Positions 21,254 to 31,129 of a DNA stretch of 64,000 nucleotides are shown piece by piece. The notes under the pieces are model-generated. The model saw only the letters and a program-made list of their open reading frames with translations, was not told the DNA's origin and did no database searches. How positions within the stretch are numbered: position 1 is the first letter of the stretch; the number at the start of each line of letters is the position of its first letter. The position numbers and the translations under genes were made by a program. The DNA comes from Sulfolobales archaeon HS-7 (lineage in GTDB: Archaea; Thermoproteota; Thermoprotei_A; Sulfolobales; Sulfolobaceae): assembly GCA_019704295.1 (NCBI GenBank), contig AP024596.1, positions 512,001 to 576,000 on the forward strand. The letters are read 5' to 3'.

Positions 21254-22042
21254 TTTCCAATATAATCCGTCATCTAATATAAAGGCTTCAGCGTTTAAAC
21301 CAGACAGTAGTGATTTCACGAAAATCGAATTCATGAGAACCGATGTTGACGTGGGTATTCTACCTCGTTCTTGCATAACTTTTATTACAATTTGTTCGGC
21401 AGTTAACGGTTTGTCACTAATTAACGAGATCACTTTTTTCTCTAAATTTCTAAGGTATGTTATGTTTTTCTCAATCAATTCTATCATCTTTCTACTATTA
21501 GTTATTATAGGTCCGTGCGCAATAACGGAATACTCCTTGGATTTAACCACCTCTTTCACTTTCTCTAGGGATTCCAACTCTGCCCATACATCTGCATGAA
21601 AGGGAAAAACGAAATTCTCTAGAACCTTTTCGCCTAACACGGTATCACCAAGATATACAACCTTATCGAACAGAAATATAACATGCCCCGGTGTATGACC
21701 TGGAGTCCGGAGGGTCTCGACTGGTGAGTTACCTAATTCCGTGATAATATCCCCCCTTATGAGATCATAAGTAAAGATTTCGTTATATCTTGACGAGAAT
21801 CCATATACCATCATTCGTCTACCAATGTCGGTTAATCCCCATAAATCCTCCTTTGGGAGAAACTTCTTCCCATCTTTCAGCAGACCTGCTATATGATCAG
21901 CGTGTCCATGAGTAGCTAAAAAGTACTCCGCCTTAATTCCTAGCTCCGAATTCTTTCCTCCTAAATCCACAACGAAAGTATCATCAACAATTAATGTATT
22001 AGGACTACCAGGAATAACCTCTATCCCTTGAGCGATTTTCAT
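21239..22042 (-). CDS. MBL-fold metallo-hydrolase
   Basis: [20 protein letters not shown] motifs. Confidence 0.92.
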   Translation of the reverse strand: MKIAQGIEVIPGSPNTLIVDDTFVVDLGGKNSELGIKAEYFLATHGHADHIAGLLKDGKKFLPKEDLWGLTDIGRRMMVYGFSSRYNEIFTYDLIRGDIITELGNSPVETLRTPGHTPGHVIFLFDKVVYLGDTVLGEKVLENFVFPFHADVWAELESLEKVKEVVKSKEYSVIAHGPIITNSRKMIELIEKNITYLRNLEKKVISLISDKPLTAEQIVIKVMQERGRIPTSTSVLMNSIFVKSLLSGLNAEAFILDDGLYWKLKGS

Positions 22043-22096
22043 GACTCTATGTTGTTACGAAATAGTTATTTAATGTAAGCGTTTGATTTTAGCTAA

Positions 22097-23074
22097 ATGA
22101 GAAGAGTCCTGCTTACTGCGAAGGCGTTCATTCTCGATAACTTGAGAAGCAGATTTACCATATTTTGGATCGTAATTTTCCCTGTGGTCATATTTCTACT
22201 TTTCCTACTTATTTTCGGCAACATGTCTACTTTCTCATATCACGTATACGTACTCGGAACTAATGCATCAACGATTGTAAGGGAATTAAATGCTTTGAAC
22301 ATTCCTTCAAGCGTAGGTAGGGTTAACCTAAACCAAGAACCCGGTATCTTGGTTATCGTTAACAATTCGCAAATTGAAGTTAACTACTCAACCGGTTTAA
22401 AGCTTCAAGCAGCAGGGATTTACTCTTACGTTAAGTGCTTGAAATTAAACAAGACCCCTCCGATCTCCATAGGGGGGAAATTTAGTACGGGAAAGTACAT
22501 AGCTACGGGCATGCTTGGCATTATTGCATTGACGAACGGCGTTTTCGGGATAGTGGGAGTGGCATCAGGATATTACAGAGACGGACTTACAATAAGATTA
22601 GCATCATCACCTCTCTCTAACATTGAATGGGTATTATCGTATGTAATTTACGAGCTGGTAATTACAGCACTATCCACGTTGGCCTTACTGATATTCTCAG
22701 CGATTCTAGGTATACTACCCTCCCTATCACCGATATTAATTCTCGCATTATTACTTGGTACTATAATGTTCGCCGGCATAGGAGAATTCATTTTCGGACT
22801 CACGCCCAAGGACAGGATCTTCATAGGAGAGTCGATCGCGACAGTTTTAATCTTCCCTTTAATGTTTCTCAGTAACTCTTTCTATGCTACGTCAAACTTC
22901 CCTATAGTTGTCTCGACAGCTCTACAATACATGCCTGTGAGTGCAGTAAATTCGATTATACGATTTTCAGTATTCGGTGGTCCTTTTCCGACTATCAGTT
23001 TACTTGAGGTTGTGATCATTGCGACAATTTTCATACTCCTCGGTAGCAAGTCCATGAGGCTAAGGGAAGTATGA
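22097..23074 (+). CDS. ABC-2 type permease (no adjacent ATPase)
   Basis: N-terminal TM, extracellular loop, then YRDGLTIRLASSPL motif and PLMFLS. Confidence 0.85.
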   Translation: MRRVLLTAKAFILDNLRSRFTIFWIVIFPVVIFLLFLLIFGNMSTFSYHVYVLGTNASTIVRELNALNIPSSVGRVNLNQEPGILVIVNNSQIEVNYSTGLKLQAAGIYSYVKCLKLNKTPPISIGGKFSTGKYIATGMLGIIALTNGVFGIVGVASGYYRDGLTIRLASSPLSNIEWVLSYVIYELVITALSTLALLIFSAILGILPSLSPILILALLLGTIMFAGIGEFIFGLTPKDRIFIGESIATVLIFPLMFLSNSFYATSNFPIVVSTALQYMPVSAVNSIIRFSVFGGPFPTISLLEVVIIATIFILLGSKSMRLREV

Positions 23075-25293
23075 GAGAAGAGATTTTGGAACGGTTTATT
23101 AGCGATTTCGAGAAGGCGAAGATGTTAAATTACAGACAATTAGCCTACATTGAGGGAAGTGACTCTGTTACAACCGCATTACACTTAGTAAAAAAGTACA
23201 TAGAGACTACAGCTAATCCTAGAATCGTGTATTTCTATCATCCGTGGATAAGTAACGCGAAGGAAAGGTTAAACAAGTTCCTCAATATTTACAGCAACCT
23301 GGTTGATGTAGACTACGACACCTCAGAGAAAATATTAGGAGAGACAAGTGACGTAGCAATTCTAGACATGATAGATGATTTCAGACCGAACTATATTGCA
23401 AGAGCTGTAGAAACCGTAAAGGGAGGCGGACTAATTGTGATGTATACTGACGAAATGTCCTCAAACACTAAGCTTTTCAGAAGTACGATAATAACGGGAG
23501 ATGGAATCGATGATTATTATGAGAGACGTTTTCTGGAAAAAATGAACAAATACAAGGGGATCTTGGTCATTAAAGGAGATGAGGCAAACTACGATCCCTT
23601 ACCTCTTAAACCAAAAGTCGATGAGCCAAAAAAGGGAACTAATGACGATCCAGTCTCCCTCTGCATATCAATTGACGAGGAGGAAGCATTCAGAGAACTC
23701 AGCTTTCTATTACGGGGAGGAAGAAGGGTAGTCAGTATAATATCTCCCAGGGGGAGGGGAAAAAGTTCTGTTACTGGAATATTCCTTGGATATTTAGCGA
23801 GAAAAAGAAGGGATAGAAGAACTAAAGTAATAGTTACCTCTCCATCACCTGAGTCGTCGTCTCAGATCATGAGTCTCCTCACTAAGACGTTGAAACTACT
23901 AATGGTATCGTATGAGGAAAAAAAGGACTCTAGAGGGAACACAGTCTCAGTAATTACAGATAACCTTACAGTGAAGTGGGTTCCTCCACATGTAGCGATG
24001 AAGGAGGATGGGTTTGCCATCGTGGTTGATGAAGCGGCGGCCTTAGGTCTCTCCTTTGTGGATTATTTCGTTAGAAAATGGGACAAGGTAATATTACTTA
24101 CAACTGTCCACGGCTATGAGGGTTCAGGAAGGAGCTTTATAAAATTCCTGAACGAGTACCTTGGGAAAAGGAAAGGTTTAAAGTCGATTACAATATCAAT
24201 GAGTACTCCCTTAAGATATTCCGAGGGAGATTACGTGGAAAAATGGCTTTACGATAGCCTATTGCTTGACGCAGAACCAGCGAAACCTAATCTACGAGAT
24301 ATGATTTTCTTTGAGGAGATCAATAAAGAGGATTTATTTCATGATGATGAGAAATTAAGGAACTTATACGGAATTTTAGTAACTGCACATTACAGGAATA
24401 ATCCCGACGACCTAATGATAATGGCCGACGGCAAACATCATAAGATATTTACTATTACTGACGATATGGGTATTCCCTTAGCGGTAATCCAAGCAGCAAA
24501 GGAGGGGAATCTAGGGAAGGGAATCATTAACGCATCAATGGCGGGCATAACCTATGAAGGCAATCTTATCCCGGACAGAATAATAAAGCATTACAGGTTA
24601 CCCGACTTTGGGAAACTTAATGGGCTTAGGATAGTGAGGATTGCAGTTCATCCGATTTATCAGGATCAGAAGCTCGGGAGTATTCTACTGAAACAGGTCG
24701 TAACTAACGAATCAGAAAAAGTGGACTGGATAGGTTCGTCCTTCATGATAGATAAAAGGGTTTTGAACTTCTGGCTTAGTAACGGATTCAGAGTAGTTCA
24801 TTTATCTCCAAAAAAGAACGTCGAGTTCAACAGTTATTCCGTCATAGTTATCTTACCGATATCAACTAGTGCTAACAAATATATTATGGAAATTGAGAAA
24901 ATTTTAAAACAGAGAATTATCCTGACGATTCATGACGTCTACTTCGATTTGTCCCCAGAGATAGCATTATCCATTTTAAAGCACTTAAATTATAAGGAGT
25001 CTTTGACGATAGACCGTATACATATATTAAAGCTAGTAGCTTTTGTAAACGGGGAGTTACCCTATGAGTCAGTTTCGGATTCGATTAAGCTCCTTTTTCA
25101 TAAGTACATTATGGAGAACATAAGAAATGATCGACTAACACCCGAGATGGAAATGGCGCTAGTATCAAAAGTCCTTCAAGGAAAGCCATGGGGAACGACC
25201 GGATTTCTCCTTGGTCTGAGAAGCCAAGACATTCAACAACTAATACATGAGGCGGTGTTACTACTCCTAGATTCCTTAGGATATACAGTATAG
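23071..25293 (+). CDS. tmcA: tRNA/rRNA cytidine N4-acetyltransferase (TmcA/Nat10 family)
   Basis: ETVKGGG, RGRGKS, VDEAAA, TTVHGYEGSGR, AHYRNNPDDL, GNAT RIVRIAVHP. Confidence 0.95.
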   Translation: MREEILERFISDFEKAKMLNYRQLAYIEGSDSVTTALHLVKKYIETTANPRIVYFYHPWISNAKERLNKFLNIYSNLVDVDYDTSEKILGETSDVAILDMIDDFRPNYIARAVETVKGGGLIVMYTDEMSSNTKLFRSTIITGDGIDDYYERRFLEKMNKYKGILVIKGDEANYDPLPLKPKVDEPKKGTNDDPVSLCISIDEEEAFRELSFLLRGGRRVVSIISPRGRGKSSVTGIFLGYLARKRRDRRTKVIVTSPSPESSSQIMSLLTKTLKLLMVSYEEKKDSRGNTVSVITDNLTVKWVPPHVAMKEDGFAIVVDEAAALGLSFVDYFVRKWDKVILLTTVHGYEGSGRSFIKFLNEYLGKRKGLKSITISMSTPLRYSEGDYVEKWLYDSLLLDAEPAKPNLRDMIFFEEINKEDLFHDDEKLRNLYGILVTAHYRNNPDDLMIMADGKHHKIFTITDDMGIPLAVIQAAKEGNLGKGIINASMAGITYEGNLIPDRIIKHYRLPDFGKLNGLRIVRIAVHPIYQDQKLGSILLKQVVTNESEKVDWIGSSFMIDKRVLNFWLSNGFRVVHLSPKKNVEFNSYSVIVILPISTSANKYIMEIEKILKQRIILTIHDVYFDLSPEIALSILKHLNYKESLTIDRIHILKLVAFVNGELPYESVSDSIKLLFHKYIMENIRNDRLTPEMEMALVSKVLQGKPWGTTGFLLGLRSQDIQQLIHEAVLLLLDSLGYTV

Positions 25294-25355
25294 TGAAAGA
25301 CAAACTTTCTCAGTTAAGGAAAAATTTATTCATTTAAATATCCGAGAATATTATT

Positions 25356-25814
25356 ATGAAGAGATTTAACACCGGACGCGTTAAGAGGGGTTCTTTGAAA
25401 ATACTTATACTTAATGCGGTTAAATCAGGACCTGTAAAAAGCTATGAAATAATGAAAAGTTTAGAGAATATGACTAATGGTATATACTCTCCAAGCCCAG
25501 GCGCAATATATCCTGTGCTCAAGAAGCTTACCGATAGCGGTTTGATCAGAGTGTATGAGGAAGATGGAACAAAATACTACGTAATCGCCCCCAAAGGAGA
25601 GAAAGAGTTACAGGAATTCAAGGAGGAGGTAAAGCACTTACTCACAAATAAGGGAGAAAAAGGACTCATTCTACCCAAGATTTTCGAATTAGGAGTCCTT
25701 CTTTATAAAAACTCTAGAGATATCGACGAGAAGAAGGCGAAGGATATTATAAATATTTTGGATGACTGTAAATATAAAATAGAGCAACTTCTGAAGAGAG
25801 AGATAAGTAACTAG
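25356..25814 (+). CDS. PadR-family transcriptional regulator
   Basis: YEIMK...SPSPGAIYPVLKKL...KYYVIAPKG. Confidence 0.92.
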   Translation: MKRFNTGRVKRGSLKILILNAVKSGPVKSYEIMKSLENMTNGIYSPSPGAIYPVLKKLTDSGLIRVYEEDGTKYYVIAPKGEKELQEFKEEVKHLLTNKGEKGLILPKIFELGVLLYKNSRDIDEKKAKDIINILDDCKYKIEQLLKREISN

Positions 25815-26183
25815 AGGAAACTTTTACACTTTGACCGGTATACCCTAAAATTGTCTTACAGAAATAATTTCGATTGGTTAATATTAGTTTATGCAAAAAC
25901 AATGGAATTTATAAGTATATTATACTTTGTCACACCCTGAAAGTCAAGAGAAATTCTCTCATGGGACTCTACGTAACGCGTCTGACTATGTGGAACACTG
26001 GAAATCATACTTTAGAAGATTTATCATATACAAACTAATACCCTGGTTTTAAGCCCTGATAAAGTATATTACTCACATTAATTACGTATTGTCCATCCTC
26101 ACCACAAATAGTGAAGCTTTTCTGATACAGCCACTTTGTAATTTGAGAGGAACTTTTTATCAACGAGATTTATACTTAAAGAT

Positions 26184-26849
26184 ATGTATATGTTTATAGA
26201 CGCCGTAAAATTCACGGAAACTTGGTGGAGTATTGGAAGCGGTGAGAAAAAGAAATTGTTAGGTATAGTCAACGAATATATTAGTGACAAAAGACCCTTA
26301 CTCTTTAGGAAGTACATCTCGTTGCGCTATGACTCGGACATGCTCTTTTGGATCGCTGTAGAGGATCCCGAAGATATAGCTAAATTTAGGGTTTACATAA
26401 ACTCGTTTCTTTACCCTTATCTAAAAGAAATTTTTAGCATGCTATCAATATATGAGCCATCTCCATACGTTAATTCCGATATTAAACAGTTTACTTATCC
26501 CCCAAAAAAATATTTCATAGCTTACCCAATGAAAAAGGAGGTAGAATGGTATCTCCTACCGTTTGAAGAAAGAAAGAGAATTATGGCAGAGCACATAGGT
26601 ATGGCTAGGAGTCATCCAGAAGCCAAAGACATCCTCTCCTATACAACTTATTCCTTCGGATTAGGAGATCAGGAATATGTGGTAATTTACGAAACCGATT
26701 CCCTTTTGCAGTGGTCACATGTTACGGAAAAACTAAGAGAAGCACAGGCCAGAAGATGGATAGTTAAGGAGGAACCTATCTTAGTTGGCAAGCTGTTTAG
26801 CGATGATGATTTAGCTCCATCCAGGTTAGATAGGGGATATTCGAAATAG
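26184..26849 (+). CDS. chlorite dismutase/HemQ (coproheme decarboxylase)-family heme protein
   Basis: YPMKK..WYLLPFEER..IMAEH, YSFGLGDQEY. Confidence 0.88.
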   Translation: MYMFIDAVKFTETWWSIGSGEKKKLLGIVNEYISDKRPLLFRKYISLRYDSDMLFWIAVEDPEDIAKFRVYINSFLYPYLKEIFSMLSIYEPSPYVNSDIKQFTYPPKKYFIAYPMKKEVEWYLLPFEERKRIMAEHIGMARSHPEAKDILSYTTYSFGLGDQEYVVIYETDSLLQWSHVTEKLREAQARRWIVKEEPILVGKLFSDDDLAPSRLDRGYSK

Positions 26850-26884
26850 TCGGCACACTAACAATATGATTTAACTTCAGCGTT

Positions 26885-27403
26885 TTAGGTATCCTGTATA
26901 ATACCGAGAAGTTTCCTCACCTCTGCATGAAATTTTCCGTCAGCCTTAAACAACTTAGTGTAGATTATGCTTTTTTCGTCATCAATATAAACTTCAATGT
27001 TGTTATACGCTAGTTTCCCCCATACCCTTTTTGGCGCGCAGTCGTTAGCCACTGACAAGAATCTATTATAAAATAATAAATACATCCTACGAATGCTTTC
27101 TAAATTTATCTCATGTTCACGTCTTGAAATATAGAATGAGGGATTATAGAACATACTTGCAAGCACTTCGGTTGCTGTTAATGACTTCCAATGATCCCTT
27201 CTCTCTAAGGCTTTTTTCGACTCTACAAAAAGATTAATTAATTCATCCCATGGCATATGCTCTATATTGCCCGTATAACTTGTCTTAAGTTTATCCCTGA
27301 TTAGAAATATCCTTTCCTCAATGTGTTCCACTCTAGCTGGGAAGTATGCGTCTACTAAGATATTCTTACACTCATAAAAGGGTATTAACGTTTCATGCAG
27401 CAA
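26885..27403 (-). CDS. hypothetical protein
   Basis: 172-aa ORF overlapping the end of the DppC-like gene by 11 nt. Confidence 0.6.
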   Translation of the reverse strand: MLHETLIPFYECKNILVDAYFPARVEHIEERIFLIRDKLKTSYTGNIEHMPWDELINLFVESKKALERRDHWKSLTATEVLASMFYNPSFYISRREHEINLESIRRMYLLFYNRFLSVANDCAPKRVWGKLAYNNIEVYIDDEKSIIYTKLFKADGKFHAEVRKLLGIIQDT

Positions 27404-28262
27404 CCTTTCTTAGCCTCGGATTAGAGATTTCGTCAATTCCGTAACTAAAGAGGATCAGTCCTGTCATGAATAGAACTACAGCTATAGACGGGAATAGTAG
27501 ATACCATATCGCTCGTGTCCCATATATGGCACCTGAAGCTAGAGCATTGTTTATAAGTATACCCCAGTTGAACTTATTTACAGGAAGAACTCCTAAGAAG
27601 TAAAGCCCTACAGCTGCGTACAAAGCGCCCTCAACGTTGAATATAAAATGAATTCCTATATATGAGCCTAAGTTAGGCATTACTTCCCTGAATATTATGT
27701 GTCCTGATCCTAAGCCTAGAACTTTGGACACTTCAACATAGGGCATTTGCTTCATTAACAACATCTGGGACCTTATAGAACGTGCCAGCCCAGTCCATCC
27801 ACTTATGCTTAATATACCTGCTAAAATGAAGGGATTAGTACTTCTAATAGAGGTAGCAAGTATTAGAACCAAGATAAGGCTTGGCATCGTCATTACTATG
27901 TCGTTTACTGACATGAGTACGGTATCTATAGTCCCTCCAAGATAACCCGCAGTTAATCCTACGGCTATACCAATAAGAGTTGTAAAGAGTCCAGCCAGGA
28001 AACTCACCTCAAGAATAAATGGTGCTCCCCAGACAATATCACCCAGAATACTGTCACCTATAGGGCCTGTTCCCAAAATATAGTAAGGGTTGTTCAGTTG
28101 AGGAGGTAAGAATTCCATTTTTGGGTTTATCGTAGTTACGTCAGGTTTTGGGACAACTAAAGGGCCTACTGTGGCTAAAAGTATAAAGAATATCGTTATT
28201 AGGAAGCCTACTCTGCCCTTTTTATTAACCCATATAAGTTTCAAGTAGTCAAATAATTTCAT
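27393..28262 (-). CDS. family-5 (Opp/Dpp-type) ABC importer permease, DppC-like
   Basis: LGTGPIG, AGYLGG..D, ARSIRSQ, EAA-like loop YVEVSKVLG, EVMPN, NPRLR. Confidence 0.92.
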   Translation of the reverse strand: MKLFDYLKLIWVNKKGRVGFLITIFFILLATVGPLVVPKPDVTTINPKMEFLPPQLNNPYYILGTGPIGDSILGDIVWGAPFILEVSFLAGLFTTLIGIAVGLTAGYLGGTIDTVLMSVNDIVMTMPSLILVLILATSIRSTNPFILAGILSISGWTGLARSIRSQMLLMKQMPYVEVSKVLGLGSGHIIFREVMPNLGSYIGIHFIFNVEGALYAAVGLYFLGVLPVNKFNWGILINNALASGAIYGTRAIWYLLFPSIAVVLFMTGLILFSYGIDEISNPRLRKVAA

Positions 28263-28329
28263 TATAATCTATTCTTCTTACCAAGTAATTAGAGTTTTTG
28301 CAAAAAAACTTGCGAATACAAACTTGTAC

Positions 28330-30933
28330 TCACTTCCTTTTCCTTATTACAGCTATCAAAACTACTACTAAAATTATAATTATAATACTTATGTATAAAA
28401 TTATTGAAGTTTTGTTGATAGTCGTCAAATCTTTTAGCAGTGTTTGAGAGAGGGAGGGAGAAACGGTTAACGTGAATTGAACGTTCTGGATGAAGGGATA
28501 TAAAGAACCTGTCTGATTCCATTCTAGTGTTAACGGGAGGGTATAGTTAGCAGGAGCTAATACTCCGCTGCTCACACTAACTATATAGGTAACGTTAAAC
28601 ACCTCGCCTGGCCTCACGTCACCAACAAAGGATTTAGAAGCAGTAAGACTTTGGAGGGGATTCGTTGAACTCACATATAGACATATTGCATTGTCACCGC
28701 CTGAGAATATGGCCACTAGGTTCTTCGCCGTCACGTTAGCGTTATTTCTGAGTTCTATAGTAACAGCTACCTTAGATGCGCCAGGAGTTAAGGTTGAATA
28801 ATACACACCAATTACCGAAAAATTAGCTTTTGGATATATAGTTATAGGTATTTTATAATCCAGTACGCCTCCATCAAATTTAATTATTGCGTCCATCTGA
28901 TATAGCCCAGGTTCTATCATGCTTGGAACGTTGATCAAGAAGATCGACTTTTCAACAGTACCAGTAGGTATAGCTCCCAGGTGAACGATGCTAGAGGAAA
29001 TTAGGGGAAACGGTGATGAAAGTGACACGTTAAGTCCCTCTCCTATCCCAGCACCAGTATTACCCAAAATTATCTGAACCTGTACATCAGTGTATCCTTG
29101 GAATATTTGAGGCGGAGTTAACGCATAATTGACTGTTATATTAGGACCTGATATTATAACGGGAATAAAATAAATCTGTGACATACCGTTAAAGTAAGTG
29201 ATCGTAACTGGGATGTTATAGACACCTGGAGTAGCGTTAGGATATACGTTAGCTGTGAAAACAACTGGTACTGGAGTTCCTATGGGTACGTTTCCTACGT
29301 ATTTTGTATTAGTCGTTACCATTATTGGGTATTCCGAAGAGACGCTAACAGACACGTTAGTTGCAACCACTGTACCTCCATTCTGTAAGATAACAGTTAA
29401 CGGTAGTTGAGTTTCTCCTGGAGAGGCAGAAATTGGCGATGACTCCGTACCCCATAACGAAGTAAGGGAATACTTCACGTATCCGGTTATAGAAACGGGA
29501 AGTAACACTGTTTCTTTCATTCCACCATAATATGTTACAGTTACGGGAATGTAATAGATCCCTATAGACGCGTTGTCCACTATATTAGCCATGATAGTGA
29601 CAGTGATTGGTGCTCCAATTGGCATATCCCCTATAAACTGGTGGTCCTGTAACGGAATTATCGGATACGAGTTCCCGATATAAACAGAGGCATTGGTTAT
29701 AGAGACTGTGCCAGAGTTAACTAAAACTATTGAAAGGGGAACATCGGTTTCTCCGGGTGAGACTATTAGTGGTTGGTTTTCACTTCCCCAAACAGTTGTC
29801 CCCGTGAAGTTAACTACGCCCGTGATTACAACTGATACTATTATCTTTTGGGATATACCGTTAAAGTAAGTGATCGTAACTGGGATGTTATAGACACCTG
29901 GAGTAGCGTTAGGATATACGTTAGCTGTGAAAACAACTGGTACTGGAGTTCCTATGGGTACGTTTCCTACATATTGTTTATCGGATAGAAACTGTACTGG
30001 GTACGTTGAGTTAACCTCTACAGTTACGTTAGTAACGGTTGATAGTCCGCCGTTTACTAAAATTATTGACAGGGGGACTCTGCTTTCTCCAGCAGTGACC
30101 TGAATAGGTTGTTGCTCTGTACCCCACACCGACGTTGCAGTGAAGTTAACATATCCCGATATGGTTACAGGAAGTTTCAATTTAGTAACAGAGCCGTTAA
30201 AGTAAGTGATCGTAACTGGGATGTTATAGACACCTGGAGTAGCGTTAGGATATACGTTAGCTGTGAAAACAACTGGTACTGGAGTTCCTATGGGTACGTT
30301 TCCTACGTATTGTTTATCGGATAGAAACTGTACTGGGTACGTTGAGTTAACCTCTACAGTTACGTTAGTGGCAATTACATCTCCTCCATTACTTACATAT
30401 ATAGAAAGTGGTACTCTCTGATCGCCTGCTGAGACCGTCAAAGGATCGGTTTCTGAACCCCAGACCGTATCACCTGTAAAGTTAACGTAACCTAAAATAG
30501 GTACCTGAGATGATACGTTATACACTGGATAAAGTATGTCGTAATAGTAGTACGACGAGTTATATGCTATAAAATACATGTTATAAACTCCGTCATGCGC
30601 CTTTGGATTAACGCCAGTGAAAAGTATGAAGGAGAATTTAAACCCCGGTTGAATTTGCGCAAAAGTGAAGTTAGGTACTCCCCCCTTGTAGTAATATGAC
30701 GTAAACGGAAATACGAAATCTGGCTTTATAATTACATTATACATGACATACGGTTTAATATATACTACAGTGAAGTTTACAGGAACTCCAGATTCGCCTG
30801 GAGCTAATGTTTCCAGTGGCTGTGCATAAATTAAAAAAGGTGAATTATTAGTTGTGGGAACCTGCGCAATCAGAAGAGGAGTGACTAGTCCAATGCACAT
30901 TAATAGAAGCAAAACGATGCTCTTCATGAGCAA
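28330..30933 (-). CDS. COG1361-type S-layer-domain surface protein with tandem ~112-aa Ig-like repeats
   Basis: signal peptide; four repeats of W-G-[ST]-E...PG...N.G...NV.V...PG.Y.IPV.ITY; C-terminal TM ending in RKRK. Confidence 0.85.
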   Translation of the reverse strand: MLMKSIVLLLLMCIGLVTPLLIAQVPTTNNSPFLIYAQPLETLAPGESGVPVNFTVVYIKPYVMYNVIIKPDFVFPFTSYYYKGGVPNFTFAQIQPGFKFSFILFTGVNPKAHDGVYNMYFIAYNSSYYYYDILYPVYNVSSQVPILGYVNFTGDTVWGSETDPLTVSAGDQRVPLSIYVSNGGDVIATNVTVEVNSTYPVQFLSDKQYVGNVPIGTPVPVVFTANVYPNATPGVYNIPVTITYFNGSVTKLKLPVTISGYVNFTATSVWGTEQQPIQVTAGESRVPLSIILVNGGLSTVTNVTVEVNSTYPVQFLSDKQYVGNVPIGTPVPVVFTANVYPNATPGVYNIPVTITYFNGISQKIIVSVVITGVVNFTGTTVWGSENQPLIVSPGETDVPLSIVLVNSGTVSITNASVYIGNSYPIIPLQDHQFIGDMPIGAPITVTIMANIVDNASIGIYYIPVTVTYYGGMKETVLLPVSITGYVKYSLTSLWGTESSPISASPGETQLPLTVILQNGGTVVATNVSVSVSSEYPIMVTTNTKYVGNVPIGTPVPVVFTANVYPNATPGVYNIPVTITYFNGMSQIYFIPVIISGPNITVNYALTPPQIFQGYTDVQVQIILGNTGAGIGEGLNVSLSSPFPLISSSIVHLGAIPTGTVEKSIFLINVPSMIEPGLYQMDAIIKFDGGVLDYKIPITIYPKANFSVIGVYYSTLTPGASKVAVTIELRNNANVTAKNLVAIFSGGDNAICLYVSSTNPLQSLTASKSFVGDVRPGEVFNVTYIVSVSSGVLAPANYTLPLTLEWNQTGSLYPFIQNVQFTLTVSPSLSQTLLKDLTTINKTSIILYISIIIIILVVVLIAVIRKRK
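29186..30369. repeat. three near-identical intragenic DNA blocks: 29186-29298, 29858-30033, 30194-30369
   Basis: blocks start CCGTTAAAGTAAGTGATCG; the two 176-nt copies differ at one position; offsets 336 and 672 nt. Confidence 0.92.
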
Positions 30934-31129
30934 TAGATATATCGTTTTTACTTAAAAAGTTTCCCCAAAAAGGGATTTACCTTGACATTAAGCACTTTCT
31001 TGATTCTTTGGAGCTATATAGTGGTAAACTATAAGGAATTAACAGCCTTCGATTCCAGTCAGATAACTCTAACAACTCTTAACGCTAGTTGTACAAAATT
31101 TAGGAAAGTTCTGATCGACGTGTAATACT

